From a virus (taxonomy: Duplodnaviria > Caudoviricetes): DNA of 37,551 nt. The stretch covers positions 1 through 37,551 of the IMG/VR virus record IMGVR_UViG_3300021425_000081; one strand, given 5' to 3'. This document shows positions 7,643-16,693 of this stretch, in pieces. The notes under the pieces were generated by a model that was given only the letters and a program-made list of their open reading frames with translations, was not told where the DNA came from and searched no databases. Position 1 is the first letter of the stretch. Every line of letters starts with the position of its first letter. Made by a program: the position numbers and the translations under genes.

Positions 7643-9212
7643 GCGCCTGAAGCTCGCGGAAGAATTATGGCGACGCAGAGCGGCTCGAAGCCTCGATCAC
7701 TTTTGCCGGTACATCGACATACCAGGGGCGCCGCTGAACGACGACGAGGACTGCGACGAATTCTATCTCGACACGGTCACGCCGGCGGCACACCACACCC
7801 TGCTCAACGAAAAGCTCCAGCAAGTGGCCGATGGCGACCTCACCAGGCTAATGGTGTTTATGCCCCCAGGGAGCGCCAAGTCGACCTACGCCAGCGTCAC
7901 ATTCCCGACGTTTTACATGGGCAACCACCCAGGCGAGCCCGTGATCCTCACCAGCTACGGCTCCAGCCTGGCGGCAAAGTTTGGACGCAAGTGCCGGCAA
8001 ATCACCGCCAGCCCGAAGTACCAGGAGCTGTTCGGTTGCCACCTAAGACCCGACAACCGAGCCGTGGACGATTGGGGCCTTACAAACGGCTCAACTTTCA
8101 TGTGTGGCGGCATCATGAGCGGGATGACGGGCAACCGAGCCAAGCTCATCGTCATCGACGACCCAGTGAAGGGCCGCGAGGACGCCGACAGCCCGACGAT
8201 CAGGGAGAAAACCTGGGAGGCGTTTCTAAATGACCTCCGCACCCGACTCAAGCCCAGGGGCTCGATTGTGGTAATCCAGACCCGCTGGCACGAGGACGAC
8301 CTCAGCGGCCGCATCCTTCCCGACGATTGGGACGGCGAGAGCGGTCAGGTCAAAGCCAAAGACGGCGAAATGTGGGAGGTGCTGTGCCTTGAGGCCGAAT
8401 GCTCCAGGATGGACGACCCCCTGGGCCGGCGACCAGGCGAGTTTTTGTGGACCGATTGGTTCAACCAGGAACACTGGCAACGCGAGAAGGCCATCCAGGG
8501 AAGCCGCAACTGGGCCGCGCTTTACCAACAACGACCCAGGCCCCAGGAAGGCGCCCTGATACAGCGCCAGTGGATACGACGGTACAACGAGCTACCGGCG
8601 GAATTTTTACGGGTGGTTCAGAGCTGGGACACCGCATACAAGGATAACCAGATAAACGACCCGTCCGTTTGCACCACATGGGGCCAGACCAGGCACGGTT
8701 ACTACTTGCTCGACGTTTTCCGAGACCGCCTGACCTACCCCGACGTTAAACGTGCCGTGATCAACAACGCGCTCAAGTGGCAACCACAGGCGGTGCTGAT
8801 CGAGGACAAAGCAAGTGGGCAGTCGTTAATCCAGGAGCTAAAGCAGGGCACCCAAGTGGACGGCAACGCGATGTACCCACCCGTTATCGCAGTCGACCCG
8901 AAGGGCGTGAACAAGATCGACCGGCTAGTGGCAGTTTCGTCACTTTTCGAGGGCGGAACGGTTCACCTACCCGAGCAGGCGCCTTGGTTGTTGGACTTTG
9001 AGATGGAGTTATTCGGATTTCCGCTGACGACGCACGACGACCAGGTGGACAGCGTCAGCCAATTTTTAAAGTGGGCGCACAGCTACCGCGTGATGATTGA
9101 TTACAGCGCCCTCGGACGCACGCGATCGGCACTAGAACAGACACGAACGGAAACGGGTGACGACGCCAGGATCGACATAAACGGCGGCAGGGACCTGGGA
9201 GGATTTATCTAA
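7623..9212 (+). CDS. terL: Terminase large subunit
   Basis: Walker A MPPGSAKST, Walker B LIVIDDP, QTRWHEDDL, ALYQQRP; nuclease motifs QSWDTA and HDDQVDS. Confidence 0.95.
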   Translation: MASPYIERLKLAEELWRRRAARSLDHFCRYIDIPGAPLNDDEDCDEFYLDTVTPAAHHTLLNEKLQQVADGDLTRLMVFMPPGSAKSTYASVTFPTFYMGNHPGEPVILTSYGSSLAAKFGRKCRQITASPKYQELFGCHLRPDNRAVDDWGLTNGSTFMCGGIMSGMTGNRAKLIVIDDPVKGREDADSPTIREKTWEAFLNDLRTRLKPRGSIVVIQTRWHEDDLSGRILPDDWDGESGQVKAKDGEMWEVLCLEAECSRMDDPLGRRPGEFLWTDWFNQEHWQREKAIQGSRNWAALYQQRPRPQEGALIQRQWIRRYNELPAEFLRVVQSWDTAYKDNQINDPSVCTTWGQTRHGYYLLDVFRDRLTYPDVKRAVINNALKWQPQAVLIEDKASGQSLIQELKQGTQVDGNAMYPPVIAVDPKGVNKIDRLVAVSSLFEGGTVHLPEQAPWLLDFEMELFGFPLTTHDDQVDSVSQFLKWAHSYRVMIDYSALGRTRSALEQTRTETGDDARIDINGGRDLGGFI

Positions 9213-10705
9213 TGGCACACGAAAGACCCGAGATGACCGAACTGGCCGCGGCCGACCACGGCATCATCGCAACCAACGGCTTCACCAACATGCTGATCGA
9301 GAACCCCGATACGGTTCTACGACGCAAGGGGTGGAATTGGGAGATATACAACGAGCTACTTCGAGACGACCAGGTCAAGTCCGTATTTCAGCAACGCCGT
9401 ACCGGCCTCACAAGCGTTTCGTGGTCAGTCGAGCCCTACAGTGACGCCGCACCCGACGTGGCCGCTGCCGATTTCTTGCGAGAGCAGATGGAAAAGCTCA
9501 ACTGGGACCACATTACCGACCAAATGGCATACGGCATGTTCTACGGATTCGCCGTCGCCGAAGCGATGTGGGGTACAGAAGGCGGCAAGATCACCCTCGA
9601 AGACATCAAGGTGCGTGACCGGTCGCGGTTTCGCTTTAACAAAGATAACGAACTTTACCTAATCCACAGCCAACAGCCCCAGGGCATCAAGATGCCCGAG
9701 CATAAATTCTGGACGTACAACTGCGGCGCCAGCCACGGCGACAACCCCTACGGCCTAGGATTGGCCCACAGCCTTTATTGGCCGGTGTTCTTTAAGCGGA
9801 GCGACATCAAATACTGGCTGATCTTCCTGGAAAAATTCGGAATGCCCACCACGGCGATCAAGCTACCCGAAGGCCAGATGACAGACGCCAACCAAATCAT
9901 GAAGGCCAAGCAAGCCCTTAACGCGATCCAGGCGGACAGCGGCGTGGTCATACCCGACGGCATGGTGGTCGAGCTAATCGAAGCCCAGCGAGGCGGTACG
10001 CCCACCTACGAGGGAATGCTGGACAAGATGGACGCGGCGATCAGCAAAGTGATCCTCAGCCAGACCATGACGACCGACAACGGCGCATCGTTGGCCCAGG
10101 CAAGGGTCCACGAGAACGTCAGCACGGCCGTAATTGACAGCGACGCCGACCTGATCAACGAATCTTTCCGCGGCACGATCGGTAAATGGCTTACCGAGTG
10201 GAACTTCCCCAACGCCAACCCGCCGGTGATCAAGCGAAACACCGAGCCCGAGGAAGACCTCAACGAACGAGCGGACCGAGACGGCAAGATATACGCCCTG
10301 GGTTACACCCCAACCGAGGAATACATCGAGGAAGTCTACGGACCAGGCTGGGTTAAACGCGAAGCACAGCCCATCCCAGGACAGCTACTCAGCACCGGCC
10401 AGGGCGAGATGCCCCAGGAATTCAGCGAGGTGGCGCCGTTATTGTTCAAGCGAGCCAAGCACCGCGAGGACATGGAGTCGCTCAACCAGGCGGCGGAAAT
10501 GCTCGCCACCAAGTACAAGGACCTATACGGCAAGCGCATCGAGCAATTGCAGGCGTTCCTGGATGACAGCGGCGACCTTGAGACGTTCCAGAAGCACCTG
10601 GTCAACATGATGGAGGAAGTCGCACCCGAGCCGGCCGTCGAAGCGGTCCAAAAAGCCACGTTTTTCAGCAGGCTCATGGGGTTAGCGCGTGGGCAGTCAA
10701 GCTAA
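9212..10705 (+). CDS. Portal protein (Mu gp29/DUF935-like)
   Basis: YGFAVAE, NPYGLGL...YWPVFFK...WLIFLEKFGMP, ISKVILSQTMTT and ARVH motifs; follows terL. Confidence 0.92.
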   Translation: MAHERPEMTELAAADHGIIATNGFTNMLIENPDTVLRRKGWNWEIYNELLRDDQVKSVFQQRRTGLTSVSWSVEPYSDAAPDVAAADFLREQMEKLNWDHITDQMAYGMFYGFAVAEAMWGTEGGKITLEDIKVRDRSRFRFNKDNELYLIHSQQPQGIKMPEHKFWTYNCGASHGDNPYGLGLAHSLYWPVFFKRSDIKYWLIFLEKFGMPTTAIKLPEGQMTDANQIMKAKQALNAIQADSGVVIPDGMVVELIEAQRGGTPTYEGMLDKMDAAISKVILSQTMTTDNGASLAQARVHENVSTAVIDSDADLINESFRGTIGKWLTEWNFPNANPPVIKRNTEPEEDLNERADRDGKIYALGYTPTEEYIEEVYGPGWVKREAQPIPGQLLSTGQGEMPQEFSEVAPLLFKRAKHREDMESLNQAAEMLATKYKDLYGKRIEQLQAFLDDSGDLETFQKHLVNMMEEVAPEPAVEAVQKATFFSRLMGLARGQSS

Positions 10706-13700
10706 GATCGTCAACTACGCGGAAATCACCGCCAATTTTGAGCTAACACCAGTCCAGGCACTCGAATACTTCCTGGAAAAAGGGCTCAAACCCACGTTTT
10801 CGTGGGCCGATATGATGGGCGAAGAACACGACCAGGCGTTCACCGTAGCCAAAATGATGGATACGGATCTGCTGCAGACGGTCAAAGGCAAGCTCGACCA
10901 GGCACTCGCCGAGGGCAAGACCTTCGCGCAATTCAAAAACGAGCTGATTCCCGTACTTCAGAAGGCCGGCTGGTGGGGCAAGAAAGACGTCATCGACCCA
11001 TTGACCGGCTTGGTGGTCGAAGCCCAGCTGGGTAGCGCAAGCCGACTCGAAACGATCTTTTTGTCGAACATGCACAGCGCCTACCAGACCGGATCGTGGG
11101 AGGGCATCCAGGACAACAAAGAGCTATTCCCCTATTTAATGTACGACGCGGTCGACGACGCCAAAACCCGACCCGAACACGCGGCCAGAGACGGAGAGAT
11201 TCACGCAGTCGACAGCGATTTCTGGCGCACCCATTACCCACCGAACGGATACAACTGCCGGTGCGGCGTTATTCCGCTGACCGAAGACGACGCGATCGAC
11301 TACGGGTGGCCGACTAACAACAAGCCGATACAGACCGAACCCTGGACCAACCCCAGGACAAACAAGACGACCGACGTACCGACCGACGTCGATCCAGGCT
11401 GGGATCACAACCCAGGCCAGGCACGGATGGACAAGATCAAGAAGGTCAGCCAGGACAAAGCATCAACCCTGACCGCTGCCGAGCAGGAAGCGCTCAAAAA
11501 AGCCGAAGCCCAACAGGAGGCAATCAAGAAAGCATATGAAGAAACCATACAAGACGGGCTCAAAGACGCCCAAGACGCCATCGAAGCCGCCCAAGAAAAC
11601 TACCCGACAATCCAAGCCCAGGCGCAGATAAACACTGCCCTCGAGGCCAACACGCCGTACCTGGCAAACGAGATCAAGAAGCTCCAGGGCAAGATAGACG
11701 ATCCCATCGAACTGCTCGCCGCGGCCCAGGCCAAAGCGCTCAAGTCCGAACAGAACTCGATGGTGCAAACCTGGAAGCAGGCCAAGAAGAAAGGAAAAGA
11801 GCCCAGCCAAAAGGCCCAGGACTACGTCAAGACGTTACCCGACGAGGTCCAGATATCGCTCCAAAAAGAGATCGACGAATTTACAGGCGTCTCCGCTGCC
11901 AAGCTCGAACTCGAAAAGATCGCACTAGGCCAGGCGGCGAAGCAGAAGGGCCACAAGAAAAAGCTGTTCGACAAATACACCAAGGACGGAACCGCCGGCA
12001 ACTACGCCAACGACCCGAAAGGACTGCTCGCGCTGATTGAAAAGGAAGCCCAGGCGCTCCAGGACAAGGCAGAAAAGTCAGCGGTGTTGAGCGGCTACAA
12101 AAAGAGCATCCTGGCGGGCAAGGTGCCGAGCCCAAAACAGCAAAAGGTGTTCGGCGCGCTCGACGATCTGGAGCAGGAAAAGGTCCTCAACGACATCGAG
12201 GCGAAAAAGGGCTTCGCACCCAGCCCTGTGACGCCCCCAAAGGCCGCGTCAGACGCGAAAGTGACAAAGCAAAGCGCAGAGCCCGACCAACTGGACGGCG
12301 CCAACCTGACGCAAATAGGGCCCCAGGCAGGAAGCAACAAAGGTGGCCTGTACCAGGACACAACCACCGGCATCAAATACTACCTGAAGCAACCGGCCGA
12401 CTTTGACGTCGCCTACAACGAAATCCTCGCCAACAAGCTCTACCAGAAAGCCGGCGTCGACGTACCGGACGTCCAAATTGTCACAATCAACGGCGAGGAA
12501 TTCCTGGCCAGCCGCATCATTCCGAACCTGGAAAAGTCACGCAAGGCGCTCGAATCGGGCAAGCCCAAGGGCATCGGCGATGATTTCGTGTTTGACGCCT
12601 GGCTCGCCAACTGGGACGTGGTCGGCCTCGATTACGACAACATGCTGGTCAAGGGCGGCAAGGTTTACCGCATCGACAACGGTGGCGCACTGATCTACCG
12701 CGCCCAGGGCGGCAAGAAAACCAACTTCGGCGACGAGGTGCTGGAGCTTCAGACGCTACGGGACGCCAGCATCAACCCGCAAGCCGCCAGGGTGTTTAAA
12801 AACGTCACCGATGAACAGATTGCCGAAGGCGCTAACCGACTGGCAAAGATTACCGACAAAGAGATCCGCGACCTGGTCGACTCGTGGGGCCCAGGCACGC
12901 CGGCGGAAAAAGCAGCGCTCGCCAAAACGCTGATCGCCCGACGGGACTTTATCGTCAAGAAGTACGCCACAGCCAGCGACCCCAAGCTCGAAGCGTACAA
13001 GGCACAGCTGGCGCTGGAGCAAACCGAGGTCCTGGCTAACAGGATCAGCGACCTGGACAACCGAATCAAAGAGGCGGTGATCGGCATCGCCAAACAGCGA
13101 GACACCGGCAACCCGATAAGAGACAAAGACCGATTCCGCGTCGAAGCCGTGGTCGAAGCATATGAGGACCTACTGAGTCAGTACGGCCCAACGATGAACA
13201 GCGCACAGCACCAGGCATTCATCGCCCATTACAAGACGTGGGTAGACGACCTCAAGACCGTCGCCAACGCACAAACCGTGGGCCAGCCGGCGCGGGTGAT
13301 TTGGGCCGATCAATTCAAGGGCATGAAAGCCACCCAGGGATTCACACCCAAGATCGACCCGAAGAAACTAACCGACGTAGAGCTGCCCGACGAGAGCGTG
13401 CAGATTTACACGACAGCGCAAATCAAAAAGGAAGCCAGCGGCCTCGATTGGTCCGCAAGTTACTCATCCAACGCGCCAGCCAACCTGGCAGACCTCAGCA
13501 CGGCCGAGCTTGGCATTTTGAGAACGTACACCGGCGGCGATTACCGTCGGATGAACCGAAGCCTGCGCGAGAATTTAGGCCAGGGCCCGTTCGGAATACT
13601 GGCGAAAATGATGAACGCGGCGCTCACGAAGGCCAAAAAGTACAAAGGCGTGACCTCCAGGGGACTCAACATCCAGGGCGACGATTACAACTCGTTCATG

Positions 13701-13955
13701 GAGAAGATCAGAACGGCATTCGAGTCGGGATCAGCCTGGCGTGACTTCGGGATGATGTCGAGTAGTAAGGGCACCACGCCTGCCATGGGTGGCAACATTA
13801 TCTTGATATTGAACGGCAAGTCCGGTGTCGACATTTCCAAGATTTCACGTTACGGCGGAGAAAAGGAGGTACTCTTCCCCTCTGGCACGCAGTGGCTCGT
13901 CACGGAAATTAGCGAGCGCAATGGCAAGACCATCATCAATTTAATGGAGGAATAA
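10689..13955 (+). CDS. MuF (Mu gp30-like) minor head protein with kinase-like and ADP-ribosyltransferase domains
   Basis: MuF: AFTVAK, GWWG, RLETIF, YDAVDDAKTRPEH, PPNGYNCRC, VDPGWDHNPG. Kinase-like: GPQAGSNKGG, YYLK, NEILA, DAWLANWD...DN, RIDNGG. ART: YT...Y..MN..LR, SRG, MSSS, EKEVL. Confidence 0.88.
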   Translation: MGSQAKIVNYAEITANFELTPVQALEYFLEKGLKPTFSWADMMGEEHDQAFTVAKMMDTDLLQTVKGKLDQALAEGKTFAQFKNELIPVLQKAGWWGKKDVIDPLTGLVVEAQLGSASRLETIFLSNMHSAYQTGSWEGIQDNKELFPYLMYDAVDDAKTRPEHAARDGEIHAVDSDFWRTHYPPNGYNCRCGVIPLTEDDAIDYGWPTNNKPIQTEPWTNPRTNKTTDVPTDVDPGWDHNPGQARMDKIKKVSQDKASTLTAAEQEALKKAEAQQEAIKKAYEETIQDGLKDAQDAIEAAQENYPTIQAQAQINTALEANTPYLANEIKKLQGKIDDPIELLAAAQAKALKSEQNSMVQTWKQAKKKGKEPSQKAQDYVKTLPDEVQISLQKEIDEFTGVSAAKLELEKIALGQAAKQKGHKKKLFDKYTKDGTAGNYANDPKGLLALIEKEAQALQDKAEKSAVLSGYKKSILAGKVPSPKQQKVFGALDDLEQEKVLNDIEAKKGFAPSPVTPPKAASDAKVTKQSAEPDQLDGANLTQIGPQAGSNKGGLYQDTTTGIKYYLKQPADFDVAYNEILANKLYQKAGVDVPDVQIVTINGEEFLASRIIPNLEKSRKALESGKPKGIGDDFVFDAWLANWDVVGLDYDNMLVKGGKVYRIDNGGALIYRAQGGKKTNFGDEVLELQTLRDASINPQAARVFKNVTDEQIAEGANRLAKITDKEIRDLVDSWGPGTPAEKAALAKTLIARRDFIVKKYATASDPKLEAYKAQLALEQTEVLANRISDLDNRIKEAVIGIAKQRDTGNPIRDKDRFRVEAVVEAYEDLLSQYGPTMNSAQHQAFIAHYKTWVDDLKTVANAQTVGQPARVIWADQFKGMKATQGFTPKIDPKKLTDVELPDESVQIYTTAQIKKEASGLDWSASYSSNAPANLADLSTAELGILRTYTGGDYRRMNRSLRENLGQGPFGILAKMMNAALTKAKKYKGVTSRGLNIQGDDYNSFMEKIRTAFESGSAWRDFGMMSSSKGTTPAMGGNIILILNGKSGVDISKISRYGGEKEVLFPSGTQWLVTEISERNGKTIINLMEE

Positions 13956-14162
13956 GTGTCGAACATACTCGATTTGCCACCGGCGGTGCGCGACAAGGTC
14001 CTGGCGAAGATGGGCCTGACGCTAGAGGAAGCCAAAGAGAAAATGGCAGAGCAGGCTGAGATCAACAAAAACATCGACACCGATGGGTTTAACTCAGGCA
14101 AGCCCGACTCTCCAGGATGGTCAGACGACCAGATCGAAGGCTACGTCGACACCGACGAGTGA
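13956..14162 (+). CDS. Small acidic protein, candidate immunity protein for the MuF toxin
   Basis: GTG directly abuts the MuF TAA, with GGAGG RBS inside the last MuF codons; 68 aa with acidic C-terminus. Function inferred from position only. Confidence 0.55.
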   Translation: MSNILDLPPAVRDKVLAKMGLTLEEAKEKMAEQAEINKNIDTDGFNSGKPDSPGWSDDQIEGYVDTDE

Positions 14163-14202
14163 TATTTTCTAGGTATAGATAACCACAGCCAGCCCCCAGC
14201 AT
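14158..14202 (+). promoter_or_regulatory. Putative activator-dependent late promoter
   Basis: AGTGATATTTTCTA (degenerate box) with CAGCAT at +39. Confidence 0.35.
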
Positions 14203-14244
14203 TCTCACCATAGGCGCGAAAAGCGCCCACTGGGGGAAGCATGG

Positions 14245-15417
14245 ATGAGGGACTACGAGTACCTACGGCCTTACGCAACATCAAAATCACAAATAGAAGT
14301 CCTCGATGCTCTAGGCCAGGCAGACACGGTCAAAGAGGCCGCTGACGAGCTAGGCAGATTCGAGCGGTCAGTTTACAAAACACTGCAACGACTAAAGGCC
14401 GCGGCCGCAATCCAGGGTGTCGCGCCCGAACACGATATGCACAAGCCCGCTGCCGACCCGTTCCTGGTCCAGGGCACCAGCACACTCTACGGCGACGACG
14501 GCTCCGTCAAGATTCAATGGGTCAAGACCCAGCTGAAGAAAAACGAAGCACTGGCGATGTTGCGCGACGCGATCGTCGACTCGATGGAGGACTTTAAAGG
14601 GCGCCACAAGCCCACAGAATCCCCGTCAGCGCAAATTGCCGAGCTATTGACCGTTTACCCCATGGGCGACCCGCACATCGGGATGTACGCCTGGGCGGAG
14701 GAATGCGGCGAAGACTTCGACGTCAAGATAGCCAGGGACGACCTACTCAACGCCACCTCGCGCCTGGTCACCGTGGCGCCGGCAACGCAGAACGCCGTGA
14801 TTCTCAACCTCGGCGATTTTTTTCACGCCGATAACTACTCCGCCACCACGGCTCGATCCGGTCATAAACTCGATGTTGATTCAAGGTGGCCGCACGTTTT
14901 ACAGGTCGGCTGCATGATCATGGTGGACTTAATCACCCTCGCACTTTCCAAGCACCAGAAGGTCGACGTCATCAACTGTATAGGCAACCACGACGATCAC
15001 AGCAGTGTGATGCTTGCGGCCTTTCTGGATGCTTGGTTCCACGACGAGCCCAGGGTCCACGTCCACCCGACGGTTCAGAAATTTCACTTTTATCGATTCG
15101 GCAAGGTACTCATCGGCGCAACCCACGGCGACACGGTCAAGATGACCGACCTGGGTGAGCTGATGGCCGCGGACCAGCCCCAGGATTGGGCGGCAAGCGA
15201 ACACCGCTACTGGTACACGGGTCATATCCACCATAAGCAACGGCAAGAGCTACGGGGATGCACGGTGGAAAGTTTCAGGACCCTCGCTTCCAAGGATGCG
15301 TGGCACGCGGCTCAAGGCTATCGAAGCGGCCGAGATATGTACGCCATCGTTCACCATCGAGACTTCGGTGAGGTCGAGCGGTACCGGTGCGACATTCGCC
15401 AGGCAAGATCAAAATGA
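14245..15417 (+). CDS. Calcineurin-like metallophosphoesterase with N-terminal HTH
   Basis: GDPHIG, NLGDFFH, GNHD, HGD and GHIHH metal-binding motifs; N-terminal TVKEAADELGRFERSVYK HTH. Confidence 0.88.
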   Translation: MRDYEYLRPYATSKSQIEVLDALGQADTVKEAADELGRFERSVYKTLQRLKAAAAIQGVAPEHDMHKPAADPFLVQGTSTLYGDDGSVKIQWVKTQLKKNEALAMLRDAIVDSMEDFKGRHKPTESPSAQIAELLTVYPMGDPHIGMYAWAEECGEDFDVKIARDDLLNATSRLVTVAPATQNAVILNLGDFFHADNYSATTARSGHKLDVDSRWPHVLQVGCMIMVDLITLALSKHQKVDVINCIGNHDDHSSVMLAAFLDAWFHDEPRVHVHPTVQKFHFYRFGKVLIGATHGDTVKMTDLGELMAADQPQDWAASEHRYWYTGHIHHKQRQELRGCTVESFRTLASKDAWHAAQGYRSGRDMYAIVHHRDFGEVERYRCDIRQARSK

Positions 15418-15722
15418 GACGCCTGGTCCTACCCTCGAAGTACGGGCGCATTATGTTTTGCCCCGAGGAAATCATAAACATCGTCGAGGACACCAGGACG
15501 CCAGGCAAGTCCGTGGTGTACACCCCGCTATGGCAAGACGGCGTCGAGGTCACCCTGGCGTTTGACGACTTGATCGGGATCTACATGCACGCGACCAGGG
15601 AAGCCGAACAGGACGACGAAGAATACGAAGAAGAATACGAAGAAGACGACTACGAACTCGAGGACGATGAATCGGAGGAAACCAACGATGACGATGAAAT
15701 CTTTTGCGGCACAAATTCTTGA
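15414..15722 (+). CDS. Hypothetical protein with very acidic C-terminal tail
   Basis: ATGA overlap with the upstream stop; tail DDEEYEEEYEEDDYELEDDESEETNDDDE. Confidence 0.65.
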   Translation: MRRLVLPSKYGRIMFCPEEIINIVEDTRTPGKSVVYTPLWQDGVEVTLAFDDLIGIYMHATREAEQDDEEYEEEYEEDDYELEDDESEETNDDDEIFCGTNS

Positions 15723-16020
15723 AAAAGCCGCCAGGCACCTGGATGACCGAGCCAAGACCTACGACACCGAGGAAGGCGGAGAGCGAAGTATGGAAAAGAC
15801 CATAGCCACGTTTAACGCACTGACCGGCTCCCAACTCACGGTAGAGCAGGGCTGGCTTTTCATGGTTATCCTCAAGATGGTCCGCACCCAGCAAGGCGGG
15901 TACCGAGCGGATAACTACGAGGACGGCGCGGCGTATTTTGCCCTGGCAGGCGAGCAGGCAGAGCAAGACAGCCACCCTACCGCCCACACCTTAACCAGTA
16001 CCGCAACCGGTAAAGTTTAA
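15688..16020 (+). CDS. DUF6378-like protein (all-alpha, possible nucleotide pyrophosphohydrolase)
   Basis: DRAKTYD...ERSM...GWLFMVILKMVR...DNYEDGAAYFAL; GGAGG RBS before ATG 15688. Confidence 0.7.
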   Translation: MTMKSFAAQILEKAARHLDDRAKTYDTEEGGERSMEKTIATFNALTGSQLTVEQGWLFMVILKMVRTQQGGYRADNYEDGAAYFALAGEQAEQDSHPTAHTLTSTATGKV

Positions 16021-16071
16021 TAAAACCGGAATAAAGTGGTATAGTGTCGTCATTGCCGGTAATTCACCGGT
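16006..16071 (+). promoter_or_regulatory. Sigma70-like promoter with four CCGG-core boxes
   Basis: TTAATA (16017), 17 nt, extended TGG-TATAGT (16040-16045). Boxes at 16006, 16025, 16055 (inverted) and 16066. Confidence 0.6.
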
Positions 16072-16086
16072 TAAAAGGAGGACACT

Positions 16087-16509
16087 ATGTGGCTTTTCAC
16101 CAGTAAAGGATTTTTGTCGGTGGTCAACCACCGCGACGATAGCGAGGTGTTTATCGTCCGCGCCAGGCAGTACAACCACCTGGCCGAGTACGTCAGCACC
16201 AAGCATATATGGGAAGACCCCAACGCGGACTACCGATACCGCGCACTCATCACCTACGACGAGCTTGTCGCCTTGATGATGGCCGCGGTCAACGACCTGA
16301 CATACGACAACTTCAAGAACAGCATCCCAGCGCACGACCACCGGTACAAAGCGGCGGCGTCTCGCGTTTGGAAGCAGATGCTTCCGCTGCAGAACATCAA
16401 CCTGGATTGTAGCCCCGAGATGGACGACCAGATCGACTGGGACCATTACGGGCGCGAAGACGGTCTGGGCGGCGGCTACGACAACGGCTATTGGAGCCGA
16501 GGCGCGTAG
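16087..16509 (+). CDS. Conserved hypothetical protein (stand-alone, moron-like)
   Basis: Strong AGGAGG RBS; MWLFTSKGFLSVV...VRAR...ADYRYRA...YDNFK; has its own promoter and a downstream terminator. Confidence 0.8.
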   Translation: MWLFTSKGFLSVVNHRDDSEVFIVRARQYNHLAEYVSTKHIWEDPNADYRYRALITYDELVALMMAAVNDLTYDNFKNSIPAHDHRYKAAASRVWKQMLPLQNINLDCSPEMDDQIDWDHYGREDGLGGGYDNGYWSRGA

Positions 16510-16589
16510 GGAAGTTTTGCAGGGATTCTCGACGCCCAGGTCGAGGTACAAAGTAGGGGCTCACCAAGGGCACTCCTATTCATGATATT

Positions 16590-16617
16590 GGCCGGCTCCC
16601 ATACCGGCCTTTTTTTT
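16590..16617 (+). terminator. Rho-independent terminator
   Basis: GGCCGG-ctcccata-CCGGCC followed by T8. Confidence 0.85.
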
Positions 16618-16619
16618 GC

Positions 16620-16664
16620 GCGGATATTTTACGAGTACAGCGGAACCGCCACCGATCTCAGACT
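16620..16664 (+). promoter_or_regulatory. Putative activator-dependent late promoter (fibre cassette)
   Basis: GCGGATATTTTACG right after the terminator, with CAGACT at +39. Confidence 0.5.
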
Positions 16665-16693
16665 ACTCGGACACGTAAGCCCGAGAGAACCCC

